Below are positions 49,697-62,754 of a stretch of DNA of 64,000 nucleotides, piece by piece. Position 1 is the first letter of the stretch; every line of letters starts with the position of its first letter. The notes beneath the pieces were generated by a model, which was given only the letters and a program-made list of their open reading frames with translations, was not told the origin of the DNA and did not search any database. The stretch lies in contig NC_042998.1 in the NCBI RefSeq assembly GCF_006345805.1, positions 42,036,001-42,100,000 of the forward strand, in the 5' to 3' direction. Origin of the DNA: Octopus sinensis. Taxonomy: Eukaryota. The position numbers and the translations under genes were made by a program.

Positions 49697-50584
49697 TGTA
49701 ACACTAAAGCAAGCCATCATACATAGAAAGCATGATATTCTTTTTTTTATATCACACACAACAAAGCTAACATTCCACACACACAAAAGACAAACATAAA
49801 AGACATCTGTTACACACAGCTTGAAATGACCTTCACTCGTTTTAAAATAAACAGGAAAGAATAAAGCAAATGATATAAAAAAGTATACCTGATGTACTCA
49901 CTGACCCTACTATTTGTCAACATATGGAAACTTCAGTATTTCCATAGTAACTATGCCAAAATCTTATCACTACTATATTTTCTTTTAAACCCACCCATCC
50001 CCCCCAAAAAGCAGCAAAAAAAGGGGATAAACCTTCACATTTAAACAGTGGTCTGTCCCAACTCCAACAAAACTATTGCCAATTAACTGTAACCAGCTTG
50101 TTTGTTTTTGCTATAGGTACTGTTAATTAGATACTGGATAACAACATAGCATTGTGAACGTCATGTTGAAAACAATTTTAACTGTTATGTCATTTTTTTG
50201 CTTCAGTTTTGATTTAAAACTTCTCTGTTTTTTTCCAAGTTACACTTGATTTTACAGGATAATAGTATGTCATTGGTCAGAAAGATACACTTTTATACTG
50301 TTTCAGTGTTCCCATTTGTTAACTTTTTATCAACACTCAAAGGCAAGAGTGTCATCTCTTGATGGATATAATAAAACTTGAAGGTCATTTTTCACCAATC
50401 ACATTAAGATGTATTTCTTTATCATATTTGGTGTTAGCCTGAAGTATTGTGCAAGAATATTTCCTTAGAGGCCAAATATAAAATTTAGTCATATTTAGAA
50501 TCAAAACTGGTAAAGAATCATAATTCTATCTTGAACATTAAATGAATTAATAAAAACCGTATTCTTGTCAAATTTTTATTGTAG

Positions 50585-50718
50585 AAATTCAGTAATGATT
50601 GGTGGATTGGCCGAGCTGTTAAAGAAGGCTGTGATGTTGGATTTATCCCTAGTCCTGCAAAATTGGAAAACCTGAAGCTCCAGCTCACAGGTTCTGGTAG
50701 GGGAGGCAAGTTTTATGG
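50585..50718 (+). CDS. CACNB: Ca channel beta subunit exon (SH3): [44 protein letters not shown](G)
   Basis: gtag| and |gtaagt, 134 nt, phase 0-2. Matches the [24 protein letters not shown] signature. Confidence 0.97.
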
Positions 50719-52014
50719 GTAAGTAATTGTTACCATTGCTACTATTGGAGAAGCAGTGGCACAAATTTTGTTATTATTTTTTATGCATGAAAGTTGAACA
50801 CCATCAATATGTTTCAAAGTGGTCATATGCTTCATATTGATTCATCTCAGTCATGTGCCAGTCTAATATTGGTATTACTGTTCACTATGTCTATCTAGCA
50901 TATCTCAAGAACAGAAATTATTTTTGATAGTTACCCAGTTTATGAATTTATTGTAGATGACCCAAACTAATATAGACTTTTCCACTTGATAACAAACAAA
51001 CAGAAGCAGTTTCTTACCTCTGACAATGAACTGCTATTTCACTTAAAGCAGTTGAAGTGTTTTTCAAAGATAGGTCAGATTTCACTAGTAGCATACTTCT
51101 ACAAATATTCATAAAAATTTGCTGATATTGGTCAAAATTCACAATTTTTTATAATGAGACTAACTGAACAACTATCAAACTGTCCAGTCAAGTGACTCAT
51201 ATAGCACAAAGAGTCATCAATTTGAGGATTTTATTGTCTACAACTACTTACTTTGGACTTCAGTATGGATATTTTTCAGGTTATGACTTGCAGTTTAAAT
51301 TTTGGTTTCAGTTTAAGCATTACAACAGAACATTGCATATGTGCAGTGGAGACAAATTAAGAATATATTGCCTACCATCATAAGAGATACCATATACCCA
51401 TGTAATACTATCCTCATTGAGCTCAGTCATGTACCACAGTACAAGATGTTGTTCTATTCTTACGAATCTATATTCATGTCATCAACTGTGAAAAATGGTT
51501 GAAAAATATATCACACAAAATGCAGGAAAAAATCTTGTTCGTTTAAGGCTTGAACATATCAAAAATTAGTTGCTTGGTGCAATAGAAAGAAATTTTATGT
51601 CTGAATAAATAAAGAAGAAAAAACAGTTAATTTAATAATTGTATCTTTTAAAAAGATATTTTTTCTCTTAACTATTACTTGAAAAATGCTTTATTCCTGA
51701 TTTGTCATCTTTATACACATCCAAACTACACAATATGTATTCTGTAATTTGACTACTTTCATGGCCATTACCTGACCTATAAGATTTTATTCTGGAAATT
51801 TCTTTTGTTGTTGTTAGGAATTCATTAGCAAGCCAGTCATTGCAAATAATATCTTCATTAAGTGTTTGATTTACACTGTCACATTCCTGCTTCAATACCT
51901 GACAGCTGTGTAGCCATCTTAGCTTTTATCTTTGTAATTGTTGCATGCACTGATGCTGCACTAGCATATATCTATATCTATGTGTGTGTTTGTGTGTGTG
52001 CATGCATATGTGCA

Positions 52015-52094
<80 letters not shown>

Positions 52095-52501
52095 TATATG
52101 TATACACACATACACATATATATTAGTGGTATTTCAGTTGTATTGACTTATGGCATACTTCTAAGCATTCTTTTCCTATTTCTTTAACTACAGACATGAT
52201 CGTACTATGTACTTTTATGCAACAACATCTGGGCTGTTCACAGTAAATGCTTTGCCTTTTTGAATACATCTCTTCATAACATATTCAGAAATTTCAATCC
52301 TTTCTAAATATTCTTGCATCTCTTCAGATATTATTTAGCAATAAATCATATCTTGAATTCCTAATTTATTGAATTCTGTAAATAAAAAGTATCATCTATG
52401 TCAGTAGTCTGTTTTCCTGGTCTTTACTGTCAATATCTATTTTCTACCAATTATTAGAATTTTCAGGAATTATATCTTGTTTTGTTTATTTTTATTTACA
52501 G

Positions 52502-52563
52502 CAAAGTTAATTCTCCTTCAAACATTGATAATTTTTCCAGAGTCTCCACACCTCCAACTCCTG
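52502..52563 (+). CDS. CACNB: Ca channel beta subunit HOOK exon: (G)KVNSPSNIDNFSRVSTPPTP(G)
   Basis: ttttatttacag| and |gtaagt, 62 nt. The phase 2 start is compatible with the previous exon, and it ends in the STPP motif of CACNB HOOK regions. Confidence 0.9.
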
Positions 52564-52924
52564 GTAAGTTTTTAGGCTACTTTGTTGTCTAATCTTTTAA
52601 AGCTTCAATGTATAAAACTTTTTCATTTTCATTTTGAAAAATTATATAATTTTCAAATGAGGGAAAAGGAAATGTTTGAAAACTCAAGTAATGCTATAGA
52701 ATATCATTCTTACAATGTTTCCAGAATATCAATGCTGCATAATATCATTTTTACAATATCATTCTTACAAGCAAAATAAATTATAAGTACAAGAGAATAT
52801 ATTGTAGAAATGGGTATCAATGCATTGATTTTACATTTTGCTCAAGATTGGCATCAGAATCTTTGAAAACTACTGTTAAGTAGACCACATTTAGTTCTGT
52901 TTGATTAAGGCTTTAGCATAAAGG

Positions 52925-53260
52925 CACATGGCTCAGTGGTTAAAGTGTTGGGCTTGAAGTCATGAGGTTGTGAGTTTAGTTCCTAGACTGAGCCGTCTGT
53001 TGTGTTCTTGAGCAAGACAATCTATTCACATTGCTCCAGTTCACTCAGCTGAGTTGTGATATCACTAGTGCCAAGCAGTATTGGCCTATGCCTTTCCCTT
53101 GGACAACATTAGTGGCATCGAGAAGGGAGACTGCTATGCATGAGCAACTGCTGGTTTTCCACAAACATCCTTGCCCAGACTTGTGCCTTGAAGGGAACTT
53201 TCTAGGTGCAATGCCTTAATCATTCATTACTGAAGTGGGTCTTTACCTTTTATAGCTTAA
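52925..53260 (+). mobile_element. tRNA-derived SINE (31960 family)
   Basis: atggctcagtggttaaag...gtgttcttgagcaagac...ttcacattgctccagttcactcagctg. Confidence 0.6.
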
Positions 53261-53869
53261 AGGTAGCAAATTCATAGTGCTGACCAAAACAATACAACGT
53301 AACATTTATTAACTTGTGAAAATTTATCTTAGTATATGAGGTATGTTTTTTTTCTTTCAAACCTAGAAGGATTTGGCTAGGTTTGAAAGTACATCTATAA
53401 GTTACTGAAACATTTGAGGATAGAACAAATTAAATCAAACCTTTTTCAAACTTGTTTCCTCAGCACATGTAGTACATCATAAAATATCATATATTTCTTT
53501 GGTGCAAAATGTGCCTTCTGTTTCACTAGGTTTTATGACTTATTTAGAATTTCCTTGGTTGTAACACCTGTAATATGTATTAATCATGGACTTGTCTATA
53601 TTCACATGTTGTAGTGAATATATATACGTAACAATAATAACAATACTTCTTGGATTGGATTTATAAACATTTAATGCATCACTGTTTATAAATGTTTATA
53701 AATTCCATTCAAGGATTTTATATTGGTACATCTCAATGCAATCCCCAAAAATTGGTTCCCCAGTCAGCATTATTAGACTTTGGTCGGCATAATGGAATAG
53801 GTGCTTTATTTGCATATTCAAAATGTTTCCCGTTAACAAATTTAAAAGATGTAGAAATATATATATGTA

Positions 53870-53943
<74 letters not shown>

Positions 53944-54071
53944 AAGGCTGACAACTAGCATCACACTTGAAACTCAAGAGTACCAATGAATTTAAATCAA
54001 ACTGTTTTGATCCATACATGTAACTCTAAAGAAATTTGTTGAGTGTCCTTCTTTCATTTGTCCATTCACTC

Positions 54072-54141
<70 letters not shown>

Positions 54142-54699
54142 CTATTTAATGTATTTAATATACTTTGTATATTGACCTGCCTAATTCACTTATCCTTACA
54201 TTTACTTCTCTATATATACTTTTGTATATACATATATGTACATATGTAGAAGTATAATATCTGAGTTAATAAGGTATTCCAGTACCAGCTCAGAGATTAT
54301 GCATTCAGACCCACAGCAGTTGTTATATTATGTTTATGGTTAGGGCAAGTTCATCCTGCTTTGCCTCAGTTCATATAGCTGTTGGGAATATATATCAGAT
54401 TTCTCTTGAAAGGTCAGTAGGGCTGATCAATCATTCATATATACCTCTGATCATAAAAGGTCAAGCAATTGATTCCATTTATTGCACCTGTGTGAGGATA
54501 TGTGTGTGTGTGTGTGTGTGTGCGTGTGCGTGTGTGTGTGTATGTTTATGCATGTGTAATATATAATATATATGTGTGCATGTGTGTGTGTGCGTGTATG
54601 TACATACATCACACACGCATATACATACATATATATGCTTATATATAAACACACAGCGAAAGTGTGTGTGTGTGTGAGAGAGAGAGAGTGAGAGGTATA

Positions 54700-55080
54700 A
54701 ATGGAAGTGTGATTCTGTGGTTAACAATTTGCTTCCTAACCTCATGGTTTTGGGTTCAGTCCCACTGTGTGTCACCTTCTACAAAAGCCCTAGGCTGGCC
54801 AAAGCTTTGTGAGTAGATTTTGTTGATGGAAACTGAAGGAAGCCTGTTATATACATGTGTGTGTGTATCATCATTGTCATTTTAGCCTTCATTTTTCCAT
54901 GCTAGATGAAATTCATTGTGGCAGGTTTTCTATGGCCTGATGCCCTTCCTGACACCACTCCTCATTTATTTGCAAGTAAGGTAATATTTCTCCTTACTTG
55001 GAGGCATATTTTCACGGAAGATTGAAAATGAAGGATGGTGACACTTGTTTACAACTATCACATGGTGTCAAAACAAGGAG
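54700..55080 (+). mobile_element. CORE-like SINE head plus inverted RTE-tail fragment
   Basis: Head as in 4905, followed by ttttccatgctag...gatgcccttcctgac. Confidence 0.55.
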
Positions 55081-56453
55081 ACATTAACACACGCGCACAC
55101 ACACACAAACTCTGACCTATACATATACATCACTGGTTGATAACCACACGAGCTGATGTTGTTATACTCTGCTGGTCACAAAGTACTCTTTTGCATTTTT
55201 GCAACTTTCGAATGATGCCTTCCCACTGGCTAGGTAGACTGGTCAACATTTCCCCTGAACGGAATATCAGTCTATTACAAGGTTATCCATTTACAGCTGA
55301 GTGAACTGGAGCAATGTGAAACGAAGTGTTTTGCTCAAGAACACAATGCACTGCTGATCTGGGATTCATAATCACAATCTTGCAATCATATGTGCAACAC
55401 CCTACCTGCTAGATCACATGCCTTCACATATACATAAATGCACACAACTAGCTTCTTTCATTTTCAGTTTTTTCAAATTCACTCACACATCTTTGGTCAA
55501 CCAAGTCCTATAATAGAAGACACTTATCCAAGTTACCAAATTGTAGGACTGAACCCAGAACCATGTGGTTCTGAAATGAAATTCTTAACCATGCATCCAT
55601 ATCTCTACTATTAATAATTATGTGTGTGACTGTATGTATGTATATATGCATATATGTACATGTGTGAAAATACAGGACAAATTTTCTTTTAAACATGTTA
55701 TATCAAAGACATGGTTGCACTCAAGTTGAATCATCTTTAAAGATATTTTCTTATTTCCTTATTAGCCCTTATTATATTCAGTTTACCACATTAGCATTCC
55801 TAGATTCATTAGTTCATGGTATCATCATCAGGAATAAATGATGGTAATAACTATGTGTTGTTTGTGTGCTTTGCTATGATTGCAAAGTATTATGGGAATA
55901 CTGTTTTGACTGTTAAAATTTTTAATGCTGGACTCACAATTTACACAGTTAATTTCTGGTTGATTGTGTGTGTTGTTTTTTTTTACATGTACTGTTGTTG
56001 TGTTTGTATTTTACTATTGGTAAAGCTTCCATAGTTACTCATCTCATTTTTTTGTGGGAATCTATATAAAATTGTAATGTAGTCAGTTAATGTTTTTTTT
56101 CTTCTATCCAATTTTATTTCTTGTACTGTATGAGATGCAATGGTTCCTTATTCTAAATGCTTGGTCACTCACAAAGAACAGATTTTATTTTAACCATATT
56201 GTGTTGAAAGTCTTGGCTATGTTTGAGTTATAACTTTCTATCAATATCCATATCATTCCTTGCAATTTGTTAAGAATATTAAAGTTTCTAAATTCATTGT
56301 AATAACAACTGTGACTTAGAAATTTGATTGCAAAGACGAAAGTTATAACCTTCTCAACTACAACAATTATAATGTCACATTCAAATGTGGCATTCTTCTA
56401 CTGGTTTACTATGCTCTTACAAAAAGGAGCCATTTCAGCACACTATATCACAC

Positions 56454-56454
<1 letters not shown>

Positions 56455-56547
<93 letters not shown>
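56455..56547. repeat. Pure (CA)n microsatellite
   Basis: Read directly. Confidence 0.97.
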
Positions 56548-56550
<3 letters not shown>

Positions 56551-57321
56551 AATAAACAACATATCAAGCTCATACAGTTTTCCCCACAATGTAAATGATT
56601 ACTGGTAGAAGCAACACTCATAGATAGAACAGTGCTAAAATAAACACAGACAACATATCCTAATTACAAATATAAACATCTGACTGTTGATAAATAACTC
56701 TAACAGGCAAAAATTCATACCATATTTTCCAGCATACAAATCCAAATTTTCAGGTAAAGATTACTGCTAAAAAAGAGAGGTCAACCAAAAATTTTTTGTA
56801 AATTGTAGCAAGAATTGAAAAGAGAGAACAAGGTGTACTATACTTCTTTGTTAATGATTTTAAGTACCTATGCAGCCATGCTCCCACAGTTGACCCAGTA
56901 GAATATACTAGGACATGACAGCTGGGTGGAGAGAGGACTGCACTAGCACTTGATTAGAGTTTTATTTATTAATCCTGAAAAAATGTCAGAATTTGAACTG
57001 AGAATGCAGAGAGCCCAAAAAGATTCACAAGAACATTCTGTCCAATATCCAAACAACTCTGCAAATTGACTTCCTTAATGCAACATACAATGTATATATA
57101 TATACACATAACACACGCATAACAGGCTTCCACACATTTTCCAGCCACTAATCCTATTCACAAGGTATTGCTCAGCTTGATCTTGTTGCTATAGGAGAAA
57201 CACTTGCTGAAGATATCATCCAGTGGATCCGATCCAAAAACAATGTGGTTACAAAGCGAATTTTATAACCACACCGCCATAACTGCATCTGTATCTCTCT
57301 ATCTGTCTGTCAACCATACAT

Positions 57322-57376
<55 letters not shown>

Positions 57377-58149
57377 CTCTGTTGAAACTGTAAGGTGTTT
57401 CTCAGCATCCAGTTATGAGTCCTCTGCATCTTATAGCAGAAACAGCTGTCAGCTGATGAAGTTCATAAGATAATTGGTTATTCCTTTGACATCTCTTTTC
57501 TTATTACTGTTTGATACCCGACTAACACTTTGTACATAAACATATGTATATTGAGTTCTACACCAGGTTATTAGTATTGCAATGCCTATGTGAAATATTA
57601 AAACATAAATGCACATGTGCATATCTATTTTTGCACATATTGTATGTGTGTGTTTATGTTAAACAAGGCTTCAATTCAATGTCAAATTATCAATCTATAT
57701 TATTTAGGTATTTCTTTATATAACATTAAAATAAACATGTTTATTTATTTATCTATTTTATTTGAATTATGAATAAGCTTCTTGATGTTTGTATATCTCA
57801 CACACCATCATTCTTCAGCCACATCTTTCTTTTACTTCTCTCTTTTCTTCTTTCCCTATCTCTTGTCCTTAAGTGTACCCACTTTGGAGGTGTTGCAGTT
57901 TTGCAAGTCATAAGTGTTTGATTTTATGATTTTTGTAGATAAAGAATTATGATGTTAACACCAGAATATCTGGGGATTTTTTCTTTCTCAGAATTATGAT
58001 CAATATGACATTTGTTTGACATTTAAATATGGCTTATTTCCATGAAACTGTGGCCACAGTGGTATGAGAGGTCATCATAATATCAGTTTGTCAATGAGTT
58101 CATTTTTTTAAGACATCTTTGTCACAAGAAAATAATTATTACTGGTATA

Positions 58150-58550
58150 TCTTTTATCTTTTACTTGTTCCAGTTATTAGAGTGTAGCCATGCTGGGGCA
58201 CTGACTTGAAGAATTTTAGTTGAACAAATTGACCCCAGCACTTATATTTTTAAGCCTGGTATTTATCTTATTGGCCTCTTTTGCCAAACTGCTAAGTTAC
58301 AAGAATGTAAACACACCAACACCAGCTGTCAAGCAATGATGGAGGACAAACAAAGACACACACAAACACACACACACACACACACACGACAAGCTTCTTT
58401 CTGTTTCCGTCTACCAAATCTATTCACAAATCTTTAGTTGGCCCAAAACTTTACTAGAAGAAATTTACCCAAGGTGCCATGCAGTGGGGGCTAAAACCAA
58501 AACCAAGTGGTTGGGAAGCAAACTTCTTACCACACAGCCACACTTGTGCC
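58150..58550 (-). mobile_element. CORE-like SINE
   Basis: Reverse complement of the 4905 family. Confidence 0.7.
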
Positions 58551-58819
58551 TATTTCCGTTTTCTTAAAGGAAAAAAATCATTATCAATATATTTGTTTGC
58601 TAGGAAATTTATGTGTTGTTTTACATATATTGATGCATATACACCGATGTGTGTGTATATGCCTATATGTATATTTGAGTGTGAGCACAGATTGATGGCT
58701 GGACCTGTTTTCATGCCAGATTATAAACAAATGCCATTGTTTTTGTAAGAGTGGTAAATTTGTTTACAATCATGGATTTCAAGACAAGGAGATACACACA
58801 CACGTACATTTGAAATTTG

Positions 58820-59160
58820 CTTCCCAACCATATGGTTCCAGGTTCAGTCCTGCTGTGTGGCACACCTTGGGCAAGTGTCTTCTACTATACCTTTGGGCCC
58901 ACCAAAGCTTTGTGAATGAATTTGGTTGATAGAAACTGAAAGAAGCCCATTGTGTGTGTGCCTTTGTGTCTGTGTTTGTTACTCACTACTGATTGACTAC
59001 CGGTTTTAGTATCTTAGTGGTTTGGTAATAGAGACTGATAGAATAAGTATCAGGCTGTAAACAAAAGAGAAGTACTGGGATCAATTCATTCAGCTAAAAA
59101 AAATTCTTCAAAGCAGTGCCTCAGCTTGTTTACAGTCTAACGACTGAACCAAGTAAAAGA
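58820..59160 (+). mobile_element. CORE-like SINE, inverted relative to its neighbours
   Basis: Same family as 58150-58550 in the opposite orientation; another minus fragment lies at 59200-59310. Confidence 0.7.
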
Positions 59161-59634
59161 AATATACAGATATATATTATATACACACACATACACACAC
59201 AACAGACTTTTTTCCCTTTCCATCTGGAAAGTTTACTCACAAAGCTTTTGTTGGCCTGGAGTAGTGGCAGAAGACAAAGTACTGTGCAGTGACTGAACCC
59301 AAAATTACATAGATGCAAAGTTGGATTCTGTATTTATGCTGCTTCAAAAGTTTTGTCCCTTTTTTAGAACATCGCAATATGTATGTATGTGTGTATGTAT
59401 GTATGTATATATGTATGTATGTATGCATATTGTAATATATCATCATCATCTTCATCATTTAACGTCTGTCTTCCCTGTTGGCATAGGCTGGATGGTTTGA
59501 CAAGAGCTGGCAAGCTAGAGGACTGCACCAAGCTGCACTGTCTGCTTTGGCATGGTTTTTACAGCTGGATGCCCTTCCTAATGCCAACCACTCTACAGTG
59601 TGTACTGGGTGCTTTTTTCAAGCCACTGGTACTG

Positions 59635-60923
59635 TTAGGTCATCCTATAAGTTCTGTCTGATTTTACCTTTTTTAAAATTGTATGAAATTTAATAGTGTT
59701 TTAGAATGTCTAATAGAATTAAATATTATTTTTATGCATTTGTGTATATTTAAACTAATTAAATAATATTTTACAGAATAATAGAATTAAATTTCTTTGA
59801 TTAAAACCCTTTCTAACATGGAAGTATCCAAAGAGCATTTGCAGCACATAATGCTTTATGAGTACAAAAAAGGAAACTCTGCAGCCGAAGCGACTTGAAA
59901 CATACACTTAGTTTATGGGAAAGAATGCTTGAATGAAAGAACTTGAAGAAGATGGTTTGCAAAATTCAGAAGTGGAGATTTCAGCCTTGAAGATGAAGAT
60001 CGAACAAGATGTCCAGTTGAGTTTGATGATAAGCTCCTTGGGACATTACTTGAAGAAAATCCTGCATTATCAGTTGAATAATTGGCAATAAAGCTTAGTT
60101 CAAACCATACGACTGTTCATCGTCATCTTCAACAGCTTGGAAAGGTTCCTAAACTTGAAAAATGAGTGCCTCATGAATTGTCCAAAAGCAACCGCAAATC
60201 CCAAGTTGACATCTGCTTTTCTCTTCATTCTCATGAACTCATTTCACCCTTTTTAGATGGTCTTGTGACTGGTGATGAAAAATGGATCTTCTATCGAAAT
60301 GTTAAACATTGTAAACAGTGGCTTGGTAAAAGGGAAAAAGCTCAGCCACAACCGAGAAGGGAACTTCATGGAAAAAAGGTTCTTCTCTCTATTTGGTGGG
60401 ATTGCAAAGGAGTATTTCACTTTGAATTGTTACTACCTAATGCAACAATCAATGCTCAAGTCTACTGTTAGCAATTAGAGCATTTGAACCAAGCTTTGAA
60501 GAAAAAAAAAGACCTGCTTTAGTGAATCGAAAAGGAGTGATGTTTCATCAGGACAATGCACGACCCCACACTGCAAAGATCACATCACAGAAGATCGAAG
60601 AGCTTGATTGGGAAAACATTCCTCATCCACTTTATTCTCCTGAACTTGCTCCTTCAGACTACCATTTATTTCATAGTTTACAGAATCATTTGTGGGACAT
60701 AACTTTCGCAAGCCAGGAGGAGGTCGAAACTGACATTTCAGAGTTCTTTGCTCTGAAACCAAAAGAGTTTTACATTGATGGGATTAAAAAGCTTGTAAAT
60801 AGATGGAAGGAAGTTACAGATAATCAGGGAACGTACATTGAGGATTAAATTTCAATTAAATATGACATTTGATCACTTGTTTTCTTTATTCAAAATTCAG
60901 ACAGAACTTATGGGATGACCTGA
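59635..60923 (+). mobile_element. Full-length mariner element (1289 bp)
   Basis: TIRs ttaggtcatcctataagttctgtc (from 59635) and gacagaacttatgggatgacctga (to 60923), followed by TA. The left flank is TG (mutated TA). Inserted into an RTE-tailed SINE. Confidence 0.92.
59818..60848 (+). pseudogene. Mariner D,D34D transposase, disabled
   Basis: MEVSKEHLQHIMLYEYKKG..., *VPHEL, GDEKWIFY, HQDNARPH, YSPELAPSDYHLF. Five in-frame stops and a frameshift in the A-run at 60502-60510. Confidence 0.92.
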
Positions 60924-61449
60924 TAGTAGGGTTGCCATATAATTTGCAAGACAGGAAAGAATCAGAAAAGGGAAGAGTCCTCTTGACTAGATGGAGGAGT
61001 ATTTGAGATGCTGGAGAGGAGATTTTATGGCAGGGAGAAACAGAGGTGTTCTGCTATAGAGAAAATGCACGGCTTACCCACATTTATATAAAGGTCAGTG
61101 GAGGTAGCTGGGGAAAAGACAAGATGGTAATTATGGGATGCCAGAGAAAAACTCTCAAGAAGCAAGAGATTACTAGATGAGCAAGGCATAGGAGCAATGG
61201 GGAAGGATGTGCAGAGATACATAGGGCATAACTAATAGTGAGTAGGCATGGTGACACAAGAGAATGATAGTAGATATGCAGGGTGTTATGATGAAGCATG
61301 GCAGAAGGTTGTGGGAAAGGGAATAGTGCATGGGAAGGGATGATAATGAGAATGAGGGATGGAAATGAGGAGAAAGAAGTTATTAACTGGTAGCTGTATG
61401 GGTGTAGGGACAGTGCCCAGCACATACAAGCATAGACAAAATGTTTTTA

Positions 61450-61730
61450 GGACCTCATGTTTCCTGTTATGGATGGATCTTCCTGAGCACAGCAAACCAC
61501 CAATCGCCTTAGTTCTTTGTCATCTCCTCCATGAATCTCAGTATCTTTATTCCATGTCTCCCTGGGTCTTCTTTCACAGGTTACACCTGATTTAAGCAAC
61601 CAGCACTGCTTTATGCAGCTGACCTTATCCATGTGCATCACATGACCAAACCAGTGCAGTCTTTTTTCTTGCACACTACATCTGTTTCCCATTAAGCGTT
61701 TTTTTTTCTCTCTCAGTACATTCACACTTA
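61450..61730 (-). mobile_element. RTE LINE 3' fragment
   Basis: CSVQEKRLHWFGHVMHMDKVSCIKQC...RPRETW. Confidence 0.7.
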
Positions 61731-61815
61731 TAACTATATATGTGTTTGTATTTTTATATGTAAATATATAATTAGATATATGTATATATAACTACATAAC
61801 AAACATTTAAACACA

Positions 61816-61866
<51 letters not shown>

Positions 61867-62187
61867 ACATGTACATAGTAATATATTTATCCTTAGTCAT
61901 ACAGTTAAGGTATCTGAAAATCATAAAACATACTCTACATGTCTGACAGCGGAGACAAACATTACTGACAATTTACATAAGGTTTCATCTGCAGAACAAC
62001 ACAGCTGTCTCCTAATCCATAAGAATATAAATGTGTGTATGTGTGTGTGTGTGTTATATCTTTTTCTTATTCAAGTGTCTGTGAACAAGATGTCTCTACC
62101 AGTGCTGTGCCAAAACTCTCTGTTGTCCATTAGCTTTAGTAGATCTTGAGTTTCATGTTGTGTGTCTGTATCAATAACATGAATGTA

Positions 62188-62754
62188 GTGGGTTGTCCGG
62201 AAAGTTCGTGCTGATTTTTAAAGGAAAGAAAAAGGTCAATAAATACTTGCCATTACATTTTTAATCAACCAAATATGAACCATTTTGTTGCCCAATGCGT
62301 CTCCATTTTTCCTTTAACTTAAAAATACCCTCTTCCCAGAATTGAGGTGGTTTCATGGCAAAGAATTCATCAAGGTATCTTTTTACGTCATCCAAGGAAT
62401 TGAAATTTTTACCATAATGACTATTCTGCAGAGACCTGAATAAGTGGAAATCTGAAGGAGCAATATCTAGTGAATATGGAGGGTGGGGTAACACATCCCA
62501 GCCGAGCTGCAACAATTTTTGTCTGGTTCCCAAAGCACCAAGTGCCAAAAATGAACTTTCTTATCTTCCATTTTAAAGGGTTACAGAATTAACACAGGTT
62601 ATAGGAACATAAACTTTCTTCCACGAAAAGATAGCTTAAACTGTGTTCTAAATGGAGGTGTAGTCAAATCCTATTTTATGAACTTAACCATGTTCTAAAA
62701 TAAGTCGAAAGGTAAGCTACTATAAATCCTGCACATACTTTCCGGACAACCCAA
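62188..62754 (-). mobile_element. Internally deleted mariner (567 bp)
   Basis: TIRs (g/t)tgggttgtccggaaagt with TA on both flanks (62186-87, 62755-56). The N-terminus MEDKKVHFWHLVLWE is joined to the C-terminal TRQKLLQLGWDVLPHPPYSLDIAPSDFHLF... Confidence 0.9.

Noticed and set aside
53692-53870. ORF MFINSIQGFYIGTSQCNPQKLVPQSALLDFGRH as the next CACNB exon
   Set aside because: No similarity to HOOK or GK sequence, no usable splice sites, and it runs into (TA)n.
7197-56608. Dozens of ORFs rich in YI, HT, CV, LS or NNN repeats in the supplied track
   Set aside because: They are translations of (TA)n, (CA)n, (GA)n, (GATA)n and (AAT)n microsatellites, with no splice or homology support.
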